In this document: piece after piece, positions 1 to 10,649 of the stretch
Numbering within the stretch: the stretch's first letter is position 1
Layout: each line of letters starts with the position of its first letter
Source of the DNA: Eledone cirrhosa
Lineage: Eukaryota
Reading direction: 5' to 3'
Length of the DNA stretch: 64,000 nucleotides
NCBI GenBank assembly: GCA_964016885.1
Contig: OZ024742.1
Coordinates: 79,980,001-80,044,000 of the forward strand
Made by a program: the position numbers and the translations under genes
The notes under the pieces: generated by a model
Told to the model about the DNA's origin: nothing
What the model saw: only the letters and a program-made list of their open reading frames with translations
Databases searched by the model: none

Positions 1-396
1 CAAATGAAGTATATTCACATAATCAAAATATATGCTTTATTATATATATTTCAAAAGTACTGCGTTGTTTTTTCAGTAGGTCTTAATCAGATAAAATATA
101 TGATTTGATATATGACATACCGCTACGGTCTTGATTATACAATTCCAGTATTGGCAGATGTTTATAGACCACAAATAATATGGTAAACTTAAAGAAGAAA
201 AGGACGTGGAGCAAATTAGAGATATGAGTAATCAACGAACCATATTAATCTTTGGTTATATATATATATACACATAACGGATGGGCAGAACGTAATATCT
301 GCCTCCCAACCACTAAATGGGAGACGGGTATTACACAATCCACCTGTACCGCTATCACAACCTATCCATGGTATACCCGCTACCCACAACAAAGAA

Positions 397-822
397 TGTA
401 ACTGCCATCTACCTGAAAGATGTCCATTGAAGAATCAATGCCTAAAGTCCAACATTGTTTACCAATGCACGGTTGAATCGAACGACCAGAAATGGTATTA
501 TATCGGATCTACCACCACCTCATTTAAATCTCGCTGGTACCGTCATCGATTCTCAATCAAACATCCTAATCACCGTTTTGTGACCACGCTCGCCAACAAG
601 ACCTGGCAACTCCGTGAACGCAACCAACAGTTCACCTTAAAATGGGATATACTTTCCAGCGCAAGTGCATATCGGAGTGGATTGAAATACTGCAGGTTAT
701 GTAACCTTGAACTCTTTTACATATTAAAATCCAAAAACAAACTACTTAACGATAGAATTGAACGATCATTATACTGCAACCACAAACTAAAAGCTAAATT
801 CTCTCACTATAAAATAACTTAA
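397..822 (+). pseudogene. 5'-truncated Penelope-like (Naiad-type) GIY-YIG endonuclease domain
   Basis: In-frame CNCHLPERCPLKNQC Zn-linker, IVY...YIG motif, C-terminal CRLCNLE...LLNDRIE...CNH typical of Naiad PLE endonucleases. Confidence 0.85.
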
Positions 823-1327
823 CATTCGAACCCGTAACTATAACATCACTTTCTAGCTAACCACCTTCTCTTCCCCCACACTACAAGACAATACACTGCT
901 TATCACTATAAATGGTAACTCAGTGCAATTCACAGATTACTACTACAAACCCAAAGTTCACTTACCACATAAACTTCGTCTGTCCCCTCTCTACCTCTCT
1001 CTCTACATCCATTACACTCTCTCACTCTCTCTCTCTCTCGCCTTTGGCCTACCTCCCTCTCCACATCTATGAACCTGCCCTCTGGGGCAATAAATAATTC
1101 CGACCGTAACTATCAACGCATCTTTCCAAAAGTAACCAGTATAATAAAACCCCTACCATAACATTTTGATTAAGATATCTACAAACCAAACCACTCTCTC
1201 CTACTTCTCCAACCCCTGCATATCTTTCTCTCTCTCTCTCTCTTCCCTACTTTTCTCTCTTCCTTTTCTACTCTATCTTCCCCAACAACACCACTTAAGG
1301 GTTTTTACATTGTACATTTTACCATTC

Positions 1328-1439
1328 TGCTCTGAGGATACAGTGGTCACAGCATTGGATATTTGAGTTCTGCAAATTCTTGTAAATTTGCAAATAGCAT
1401 AACTAGGCTGTAGTACCACCGTGGAAACATTTGTAAGCA
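1328..1439 (+). ncRNA. Hammerhead ribozyme with long stem II, in 3' pLTR of the Naiad fragment
   Basis: TGCT-CTGAGGA-[TACAGTGGT...ACCACCGTG]-GAAA-CATTTG-TA-AGCA; helix I TGCT/AGCA, GUA cleavage triplet. Confidence 0.75.
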
Positions 1440-1972
1440 CACGGAATAAATAACCTTTTTATGATGTCTACGTGTTATTTTTCATTCTTTATATATATAT
1501 AAACATATATATAATGTATAATAAACAATACAATATAATTACCTAATTACTATAGGTTACCCGAATAAGACAAATACGAAAAACGTCCTCGTTCGTTCGT
1601 CGGATAAGGCAATTTAAAACATTTATATATATATATATATATATATATTAAAATAACAGGTTAAAGTTTAAGCAAAGAGTTGCTGCTTTCACCATTAACG
1701 GGATCTTATGAAACTAAAAATATTAATCTATGAACGCAGAAGTAAATATTTCCTAAAAGGTTGCAACCAAAGGAAGACAGGAAGACGATACGTTGGTTCA
1801 TGGAAACGTTCCGTGGCAAAGAACGGAATAAAATGAAGATAATACATCATAATTAGGAGGGGTGAAAACAAATACACGCAAAGACAAAACCACGTTTATG
1901 AAAAAATTAAGTCGTAGACTAATATTCTAGTAGGTGGTTCGTGGAGATGTTCTCTGGCAATGAACGGAAAAA

Positions 1973-2194
1973 ACGTCACTTTCAGCTTATATCTGGAGTC
2001 TAAAAGACAAACACACCCAATATAAGTTACACTGGGAGATCCTAGTTAGGGCTAGATCGTATAACGGAAATAAAAGACCATGTGACCTCTAGGCCGCTGA
2101 AGCGCTGGAAATACTCTACGACAAAGATCACATCTTAAACAAAACATCCTAGGCAATTTCGGCTTGTAAACAGAAATTGCACAAAACTTTATAG
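1973..2194 (+). pseudogene. Naiad GIY-YIG C-terminal remnant
   Basis: TSLSAYIWSLKDKHTQYKLHWEIL...CDL*AAE...ILNKTS*AISACKQK, homologous to 397-822, two stops. Confidence 0.75.
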
Positions 2195-3249
2195 TACGAA
2201 CTATACGCGGATATTTTACGTCTTGATGTGGTAGCTAAGTATATCTTATATTTATACCATTACTTATTTGCATATATTACCTGTATGTTTTGTGAAGGTA
2301 CGTATATTTGTTTGTATATGTTATTGGCGTATATATTATATTATATATACTGGTACATTGGCATATTGTTATGTGTATACGTGAGTTTTGCTTCTGTGTC
2401 AGTATGCATATTCGTATGTATGTAGGGGTGTGTGTTTATGTGTACTTTGTGTTTTGGTTGACGTTTAGCGAACATATGTGTATTTACATGTAGGTATGTG
2501 TGTGCGGGCGCTATATACGTATTTATGTGTGTATATTTATATACATTTATATAATTATATGTATACACGAACACACACACATATATATATTTATATATAT
2601 ATATATATGTATTTTTCTTTTTTTTTTGTATATATATTTTGTATGTGTATTTGGTTAATACGTTCAATGCGTGCGGGTACAGGCGGTGTGTGAGTTCTGC
2701 ATGTGTGTGCGTGGTTTTTTGTGTACGTGCTTGTATTTGCATACCCATGGCGGGTGTTTTCGCGTATGCATGTGTATGTACGTATAAGGATGCGGGGCAT
2801 GTATATATTTAACTGTCGTTGGTTTCAATTACCTCTGTAATTTATTTATTTACATTATTCTTAACTCTGAAGGGAGTATCATTCGGTTTCCTGAATAGAA
2901 TTTTAGACTATGACTTCAGTTCTACCATAAACGTGGTTTTGTCTTTGCGTGTAATTGTTCTCTTGCACCACATAATGACGTATTATCTTCGTATTTCCGT
3001 TCATTGCCAGAGAACGTCTCCACGAACTACCTAATAGAATATTAGTCTACGACTTCATTTTTACCATAAACGTGGTTTTGTCTTTGCGAGTATTTGTTTT
3101 CACCGCTCCTAAATATGACGTATTATCTTCGTTTTTTTCCGTTCTTTGCCAGGGAACGTTTCCATGAATCAAAGTATCGTCTTCCTGTCTTCCTTGGGTT
3201 GCAACGTTTTTTGAAATATTTACTTCTGCGTTCACAGATTGATATTTTT

Positions 3250-3300
3250 AGTTTCAGAAGATTCCGTTAAGGGTGAAAGCAGCCACTCTTTGCTTAAACT
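3250..3300 (+). ncRNA. Hammerhead-like motif with CAGAAGA core (copies ~1666-1715 -, ~21959-22009 -, partial 22758-22796 +)
   Basis: AGTTT-CAGAAGA-TTCCGTTAAGGGT-GAAA-GCA...TGC-TT-AAACT; helix I AGTTT/AAACT, helix III AGCA/TGCT. Confidence 0.55.
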
Positions 3301-3407
3301 TTAATCTGTTATTTTAATAAATATTTGCTCTACGGTTCTTATATATTTGATATATATGTATCCTTATCGAGCGCTCTTTGGATTTTAGTCTTCAAATTTA
3401 TTATTAT

Positions 3408-3447
<40 letters not shown>

Positions 3448-3463
3448 ATAATATGTATATAGA

Positions 3464-3504
<41 letters not shown>

Positions 3505-3519
3505 TATATATAATAATAT

Positions 3520-3922
3520 ATGTACGGGTCTGAGACTTGGACGCTGACCAAGAAACTCACTCAGGTGGTGGATGGGTGCTACACGAGAATGCTGAGGATG
3601 GCTCTGAACATTAATCAGTATACACTGAGGATGAAAAACTCAGAGCTGTATGGGAGCCTCCCAACAGTCAGCTCAAAAGTGACACAGAGGAGACGGAGGT
3701 TAGCTGGACATGCTCACCGACATCCAGAATTGACATTGCACCAAGTGCTCCTGTGGGAGCCCCTACATGGAAACACTGGAAGAGGAAGACCATGGTTAAC
3801 GTATGTTGATGCCCTAAGAACAGACACTGGTCTGTTGCAAACGCAGGAAATGGCAGAGATAATGAGGGACAGAGACCGCTGGAGAGAACTCGTCCATGGA
3901 TCTCGGGAATTTAACCCGCCCT

Positions 3923-3924
<2 letters not shown>
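3520..3924 (+). mobile_element. 3' fragment of RTE-type LINE ORF2
   Basis: YGSETWTLTK...DGCYTRMLRMALNI...LAGH...GRGRP C-terminal motifs; embedded in (TA)n. Confidence 0.85.
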
Positions 3925-3960
<36 letters not shown>

Positions 3961-4511
3961 CATTCACACACGGTAGTGTGTGAATAATATTCTTAAGGTC
4001 AACTTCTTCCCAACGACAGCCACTTCTAGGACTTGTCACTAATTGAGTTCTCAACCAAATTTGATCAGGTTGTTTGCACTAGAATGGACTCATCCCAGGC
4101 CACATTTTGGTATAAGGAAATTGTAATTGTGATGAGTAGAAAAAAGGTTACGCTAAAATATGTGTGGTCAAGTAGTGGGGGATAAGGCACCTCATTGACT
4201 TTGACTCATTATACATTTTTAAATTTCGAATGTGATTTCATGCTACCTCTCTCAGTAGATAGAACTCGATAAGTTGAATCGAAATTTGTCATTATTGAAA
4301 AGATTGGTGCCATAGACATTGAGTTGTGTGACTTTAAATGACGAAATCAGATGAGGAGTAACGCTAAGGGACATACCTCTAGTATAAATCCATCGTAGCT
4401 GTGCTAAGTAGTTTCCCTTAAGTAACTCAAATAAACAATATCGATAAAAAACAAGAGCTTCATTGGAATAAAGACAAGCCTCTACCCATATGCAGATGTG
4501 ATGACTGTCAC

Positions 4512-5866
4512 AGCTTCTCAAATTTGTTTCTGGTGTTGGTGGAACAGGCAAAAGTTTCTTGATTGATACTTTGTCTGACTAAATGACTCTTATGACTGAT
4601 CTATCTAATGTAACTCCTGTCATAATATGTGGACCTACAGGCATGAGGGCATTTCAAATAAAAGGAAATACTCTACACATAACTCTAATGATTGGAGTTC
4701 AGCATGGAAAGTTTCCAGCTTACAAGGAATTGCAAAAAGTGGACTTGAACATTTTACGCCATATGTATGAAGGAGTCAGATTGTTCATAATTGATGAAAT
4801 TAGCATGGTTAGTCACTTGATGCTGGCATTCATTCACAAAAGGCCTGATGAAACTTTTGGAGATCCCCCCAAAAATGGCATATCCTTTTGGAAAAATGAA
4901 TCTTCTTTTGTTTGGTGATTTGATGCAATTGCCACCTGTAAATGAAAAATCAGTATTTTCTAAAATTTCATCATATGATGCCAAAAGAACAGAAATTGGC
5001 ATTAGTGGGCAATTATTGTGGAAATACTTTCAATATGATGAGCTAATATTAATATGAGACAAAAAGAAGTCAAAGACAACTATGTTGATATTTTGGGAAG
5101 AATTAGGATTGGTTCCCCATCAGACTCTGATATTAGCATTCTTCAGAAAAGATGCCTATTTCCTGATAGAAAAGCATCTGTTGAAGAAATTGCTAAAAAA
5201 TTGATTGAATTGTATTCTATTCGGAAATTAAAATTTGTATGCATTTTATCTTTGAATGAAGCTGTTGATGAGTTGAATAATGAAATGAGTAAAAAATGCA
5301 ACATAAATGCAGTAAAACCTGCTGCAAAAGATTCTGGTATGAGACAAGTAAATGGAAGAAAAAAGAAAAATGTTGAAAAAGGCAAAAACAAGAAAATTTC
5401 TGATACTGCTGGACTAGAAACTTTGCTTAATGTTGGAACAGTTATTGAATTAATTGGGAATGGAAGCAATGTTGACAAAATTCTGGTGTCTTTTGATACC
5501 AAAAAGGACAAACCCATTTCCATTGGAAGAGTTCAAGCAGACTATGAAATTTCTCCTGGTGTTTTTGTCACCAGAACACAATTTCCATTGTCTCTTGCTT
5601 ACTCTAAAACAATTCACAAATCACAATGAATTTCTATGGATGGAATAATTGCTGATTCAGGAAATCAGATATTTTCTGATGGTCAAGCTTATGTGGCTCT
5701 TTCAAGAGCCAGAAGACTTTGCAATTTGTATCTCTGTGACTTTGATCCAAGATCATTGATCATGGTTAACAAATCTGCATCGGAAGAGTACAACAAACTA
5801 CGGGCTAGTACTGGAAGAGCAGATTTGCCTCCATTGCGACCTTGCAGGAAAAAGCCTCCTTCATGA
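4512..5866 (+). pseudogene. PIF1-family SF1 helicase, frameshifted
   Basis: Walker A SGVGGTGKS, Walker B FIIDEISMV, FGDLMQLPPV, MRQ, RTQFPLSLAYSKTIHKSQ, GQAYVALSR spread over several frames. Confidence 0.92.
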
Positions 5867-6040
5867 TGGAAATCAGCAATGTACTCATGAATTTTGGAAA
5901 TAACTCTCTCTACATTTGGACTTGGTATTTAGAGAAAAACTTCAATTTATTCATTTCAAATAAAAGAGGATTTGATATTAAATCCTATTAATGGCACGCA
6001 ACAATTTAAATCTCTACTTTCAACAACAAATACTTTCACT

Positions 6041-6408
6041 AAATACTGTGATACTTGTTCTGAAAATATTGAGCATCAAATAACTTCAAGAATTGAATTT
6101 ACTAACGATTTCAAATATCTTGTCATCTCAATTAGTAGATTTTGATTAATAATGAAGGAGAACAAAGAATTAATTGTGATACTATGAACTTTAGCTAAAA
6201 AAAGCAGCAAATATATGGCACAAATTTCACATTAAAAGCTGCTATTCTTCATGAAGGAGTATCATCTAGGGCAGCCCATTATACTTGTCTGGTAAAAAGT
6301 GGTGCTGAAAATTGGGATGAAATTAGTGACAACATTATCAAAAAAAGGCACAACAAATGTCCTCGTAAGTTACCTAATGTGGTTGTATTGTTTATGGAAA
6401 ACATTTAG
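6041..6408 (+). pseudogene. Ubiquitin-specific protease (peptidase C19) C-terminal half, decayed
   Basis: KYCDTC...YLVISISRF, then FTLKAAILHEGVSSRAAHYTCLVK...WDEISD...VVLFMENI* resembling USP Zn-finger/Box4 and His box; Cys box not found. Confidence 0.7.
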
Positions 6409-6419
6409 ATTTTTGATTT

Positions 6420-6650
6420 TGGACTATTGATCTTGGACTACCAACTTATAATTAGGACTACTGTTAATTCTGGACTACTTGCTGATTATTTTTGGACTAA
6501 ATGCTGATTCTGGACTACTTAATTTTATTTTTGACTACTTGCTGCTTATTTTAGACTAAATGCTGATTTTCGACTACATAATTTTATTTTGGACTAAATG
6601 CTAATTCTGGACTACTTAATTTTGTTTTGGACTAACTGCTAATTATGGAC
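6420..6650 (+). repeat. Degenerate minisatellite (GGACTA-anchored ~20-bp units)
   Basis: Recurrent GGACTACTT.../GGACTAAATGCTGATT units. Confidence 0.85.
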
Positions 6651-7102
6651 AAATTATTGTTGAATTTGAGCTCACTGTTTATTGCCATTTTTTATTTACT
6701 ACTTAATTTTTTTTTATTTTTCACTCAGTTATTTTAATTGCTTGTTTTTCTAGCATCATTAATAACATCACTTGTTAAGTTAAACTCTAAATCGATCATT
6801 AGAGTATAGTCAATTATAGCTTTGTCTCTATGGGCACACCTGAAGGCTTGTAGTAAGGGTGTCAGAGAAGGCAAATGTCTCTATTGATTATATTCTATAA
6901 AATACCTTTTCAATTTTAATATTTTGGATTTTATAGAAATATTGAAATGAAAAATTAATTTTTATTGATGAAAAAAGGATTGTAAATGCCTTAGCAAATG
7001 GTCAAGGTAATTTAAATAAAATAATTTTCTGCAATGCCTTAAAAAAAGGGGGACTAGACCGAACAATGCGGGCGCATGTGTATTAATATTCTTAAATAAT
7101 AA

Positions 7103-7288
7103 TTGTTTCTACTTTTGGCACAAGGCCAGCAATTACACCAGTACATTACTGGTACTTTATTTCATCGACCTCGTAAGGATGAAAGGCAAAGTTAACCTCG
7201 GTGGGATTTGAACTCAGACCGCAAAGGGACGTAACTATGCTAGAAAGCATGGCGTCCGACCCTCTACCGATACTGCCAATCCACCGCC
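7103..7288 (-). mobile_element. tRNA-derived SINE
   Basis: Reverse complement contains B-box GAGTTCAAATCCC followed by CTTTGCCTTTCATCCTTACGAGGTCGAT; copies at 8336, 46375, 60233. Confidence 0.85.
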
Positions 7289-7766
7289 CTCTTATATTCT
7301 TAAATAATAATAAACCTGGAATAGTACAGGACAAGTAGGATTAACTCTTAAAATATTGGAGCTGGAATTTGAATTTGATGAATTAAATGTACAATAATAA
7401 GCCTATGACATCACACTTAATCAAAAGGAGGTGAAGGTTGTTAAGATGGCATGGTACAGGACGTTTCGGTGCAGGCTTTTCTGTGCCAGCGTTTCGGCAT
7501 TGCCATGTCGAATGGTTATTCCTAGCTCTTTCATAGATAGATTTAGAATGATCTAAAGACAACAATGACAATTTTTTACTTTAATTATTAATTATATAAT
7601 TAGAAACGATCTAGAAATCACCTTGATTCATTAGGAATGACCTAGTTAATCTTTGGTGCTAATCTCTAAAAGATAGTCTCTGCTTTTCTCATAAGAAAGG
7701 AACAGTAATCCAGATTATCAATCAGAATGATATCGCACTTGATCACTGTATTTTATTTTTGGAATA

Positions 7767-7885
7767 CAGTTGATTATCTCTAATTGTCACTCAAAGGAAC
7801 TGTAAAAATGACTGACAATTAGGGAGAGTCACAAAAAATAAAAGTTGGGCCAAACATGGCGCTGACAATTAGAGAGAGTCAACTG
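7767..7885. mobile_element. Tc1/pogo-type MITE
   Basis: TIR CAGTTGATTATCTCTAATTGTCA / TGACAATTAGAGAGAGTCAACTG flanked by TA on both sides. Confidence 0.8.
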
Positions 7886-8335
7886 TAATTCGATCTTGAC
7901 AAATTTTGACTTAACTCTTTTTAAAATGAAATTAGATTAATAATTTTAATATGATGACAATTTATGCAAAATTTAGCTCATTACTTTTTCTATTAATTTC
8001 AATTAATTTTTAATGTCATTTTTTAAAGTAATGCAATATAATTAACCCACTAAAGGGACAAAAAAAGGGACAACTTAAATGAACTGACAATTTATGTACA
8101 AAAGATTGATCATATTAATTGCATTTGGTTGGCAAAATAGTGATTGCTGACCTAGGCAAACTGATGACTTAATATCTAATAAATCCCCTAATTCATTATT
8201 ATTTCTTATTATCTCTTGGCATTGCTAATTTTACTGTACATTGAATTCATCAAATTCAAATTCCAGCTTCAATATTTTAAGAGTTAATTCTACTTGTCCT
8301 GTACTTTTCCAGGTTTATTATTATTTAAGAATAAT

Positions 8336-8524
8336 GGCGGTGGATTGGGTGTATCGGTAGAGGGTCGGGCATCATGCTTTGACGCATAGAGTTACGGCCC
8401 TTGCCATTCTGAGTTCAAATCCCGCCGAGGTTAACTTTGCCTTTCATCCTTACGGGGTCGATAAAGTAAAGTGCCAGTAATGCACTGGGTAATTGCTGGT
8501 CTTGTGCCAAAAGTAGAAGCAATT
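8336..8524 (+). mobile_element. tRNA-derived SINE
   Basis: GGCGGTGGATTGG...GAGTTCAAATCCCGCCGAGGTTAACTTTGCCTTTCATCC, AT-rich tail. Confidence 0.85.
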
Positions 8525-8587
8525 ATTATTTAAGAATATTAATACACATGCGCCAGCATTTTTCGGTCTAGTATATATATACATATA

Positions 8588-8697
8588 TAGGAAAATGTAT
8601 GACCCCGACGGCAGAGCCCAAGTTGTTTCGACGGCTATTTCTGGTAATAGCCGTCGAAATGGCTTGAGCTCTGCCGTCGGGGTCATACATTTTCCTA
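8588..8697. repeat. 110-bp fold-back palindrome containing the 3' half of a hammerhead
   Basis: ~52-bp arms around TCTGGT; right arm reads stem-GAAA-TGGC...GCCG-TC-GGGG. Confidence 0.8.
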
Positions 8698-8764
8698 CTC
8701 TAATACCCTTTTGAGTACTCTGGTGCGTTATGGTCCATCTGGTTCCTTACCACACCTCCTTCGT

Positions 8765-8828
<64 letters not shown>

Positions 8829-8832
8829 TGTC

Positions 8833-8864
<32 letters not shown>

Positions 8865-8999
8865 CCCCCAAAAACGCTTTAGGTGCAACTCTATCCATCA
8901 TCATTATTTGACCTATGAACATACCATTCACACATAATCTTATTAAAAAAGAACATAAAACTCGAACCGAAGAGACCCATTATCAAACGACCAATTTTA

Positions 9000-9415
9000 C
9001 AGAGCGGCTCACTGTCTCCTCTGCTTCTCTGTATTTACACAACAACAATATCTATGGTGATAAAATACTATATAGCAAATAGAACCACGTCGTTTAGATG
9101 AATGAGCAAAAAACTTTGCCATGTATAATAAACATTAATCTAGTATTTTTGTGAATATAAAGAGCTTCTCTGATGATATTAAAATTGAGATCATATTGCA
9201 TAAATGTGCTAATACTACGTTCACGTATGGTAGGTTTACCGTAACCTCAAACATTGGCTATAGAACTGAAATGAAGGATTAAAGGAGATCTCATACAACA
9301 TTCAAGAACATTGGGTCGGAGGTTTACAAGAGGATAAGAATAGTATTAATTGCAGTAATAAATATATCAAACCGATTTGACGCCATCAAAACATTAGCTA
9401 TACCCATAATCTCTG
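9000..9415 (+). mobile_element. Decayed R4/Dong-like non-LTR RT fragment
   Basis: QSGSLSPLLLC, FSDDIK and AIKTLAIPII-like motifs in broken frames. Confidence 0.55.
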
Positions 9416-10245
9416 AAACGGCATGTCCGCAAATCATAAACAATTGACATGAAGGCAGAGCGGTAGTGGAAGCTAATGAAACATGCCAGATATTAAATGT
9501 AAGTCATCAGCTGTATGCTGATTGATATGAATATACCATCAAACCTTAAAGCATCGGTAAACATACACGGGAGAACTGTCATTATTCGGTCATCAGTAGA
9601 AGTTGGAATCAGCGACGGGTTCCATTGTTAGCCAAGAAATGGCTCATTTCGGGTGAGACTTGTTGCCTATTTCTGTCTACAATATGAGGAGACTACTGTT
9701 GCTTTTGCACAATACGGATCAGGCAGGAACTGGGGACCTGATGTCCAGAGTTCCATACCTCTTTCCTTGGTTGATGTCGGTTTTTATTCACACAAAAACT
9801 ATTAAAATTGTTGGTGTTTCTATAACAATTGGCGTTATTTTGCGCTGTTTCAGATGTATTTTAGCCTACGTTATAGCGCTTGTTCTCTCACATTCGATGG
9901 AGTAATGTTTTAAATGTGCCTTGCGTACTCCAAATGCTCCTTTCCAAATCAATTACTGCAAATTTTTCTGGCTCTTTCAATGAAAATCCTGTATAGAACT
10001 GCTTCACTACAATACCTGTTACCGTTGATGTTGTAGAAGGGTGAAAAGAGAAGTGTGGTGCAGTCATATTTTCACTTATTAAATTATCTCGCAATCCTAC
10101 TTGATTTTGTTAACAGACGCGTTCAGATGTGATCATTGCGAGTGTTGACCAAGGAAGCGGAATAGAAACTGCTACTCAGTATACGACATAAACGATTAAG
10201 TCTGAAGTGAAAAGCATCAAATACAACAACACCCCTAACAACAAA

Positions 10246-10314
<69 letters not shown>

Positions 10315-10358
10315 GCTACAAATAATAATAATAATAACAACAATAATAATAATAATAA
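10246..10358. repeat. (ACT)n/(AAT)n microsatellite; the (ATT)n part is the LINE 3' tail
   Basis: Direct inspection; follows AATAAA on the minus strand. Confidence 0.9.
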
Positions 10359-10649
10359 TGCTTTCTTTATTAACCACAAGGGTTTACACAAAGTAGACAA
10401 AGGACAGTACAGGACAATACAGGACGGTACAAAAGACCATTTCTGCGTGTAAAAAAACAAAAAAACAGAGGATGTAATAAGAGAACAATGAAAAAATTCC
10501 CCAATAGGTGGGATACTTCCGAGGGATATACGTAGAGAAAGCCCATTAAAAAGCCACAGTGACCCTAACCACCAGGGCAAGTGCCCTCTCCCAGTTTTCC
10601 ACCTTTAATTTACAGACACATACTCAGAGTAGGCCCATTCACTCGGGCC

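Larger units (their letters stand above)
1648..3410 (+). mobile_element. Truncated Naiad-type PLE with inverted pLTR copy at left
   Basis: 1648-1970 is the reverse complement of ~2990-3315; EN C-terminal remnant at 1973-2194; ~140-bp internal duplication in the pLTR; (TA)n on both sides; same family at 21848-22820. Confidence 0.75.
3958..7050 (+). mobile_element. Decayed Helitron/Helentron-like element (boundaries approximate)
   Basis: PIF1 helicase remnant, downstream USP remnant, minisatellite; 10-bp hairpin ATTCACACAC-GGTA-GTGTGTGAAT at 3962-3985; no Rep domain seen. Confidence 0.55.
7053..8572. mobile_element. Element bounded by ~330-bp inverted repeats (7053-7385 / 8241-8572) ending in hairpin+CTAGT
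   Basis: ACTAGACCGAACAATGCGGGCGCATGTG vs CACATGCGCCAGCATTTTTCGGTCTAGT; both arms contain the same SINE insertion. Confidence 0.75.

Noticed and set aside
2228-2800. Many ORFs rich in YI/CV/HT repeats here and throughout the window
   Set aside because: These are translations of (TA)n/(CA)n microsatellites and low-complexity UTRs, not genes
4512-5866. Host PIF1 gene
   Set aside because: Intronless, multiply frameshifted and in transposon context
6420-6650. Spaced repeats resembling a CRISPR array
   Set aside because: Short degenerate tandem units without unique spacers, eukaryotic context, no cas genes
7103-8524. tRNA-like A/B boxes as tRNA genes
   Set aside because: No cloverleaf; they are heads of a multi-copy SINE
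9168-9200. CTGATGA as a hammerhead core
   Set aside because: It is part of the R4/Dong RT coding remnant (FSDDIK); no stems or matching GAAA
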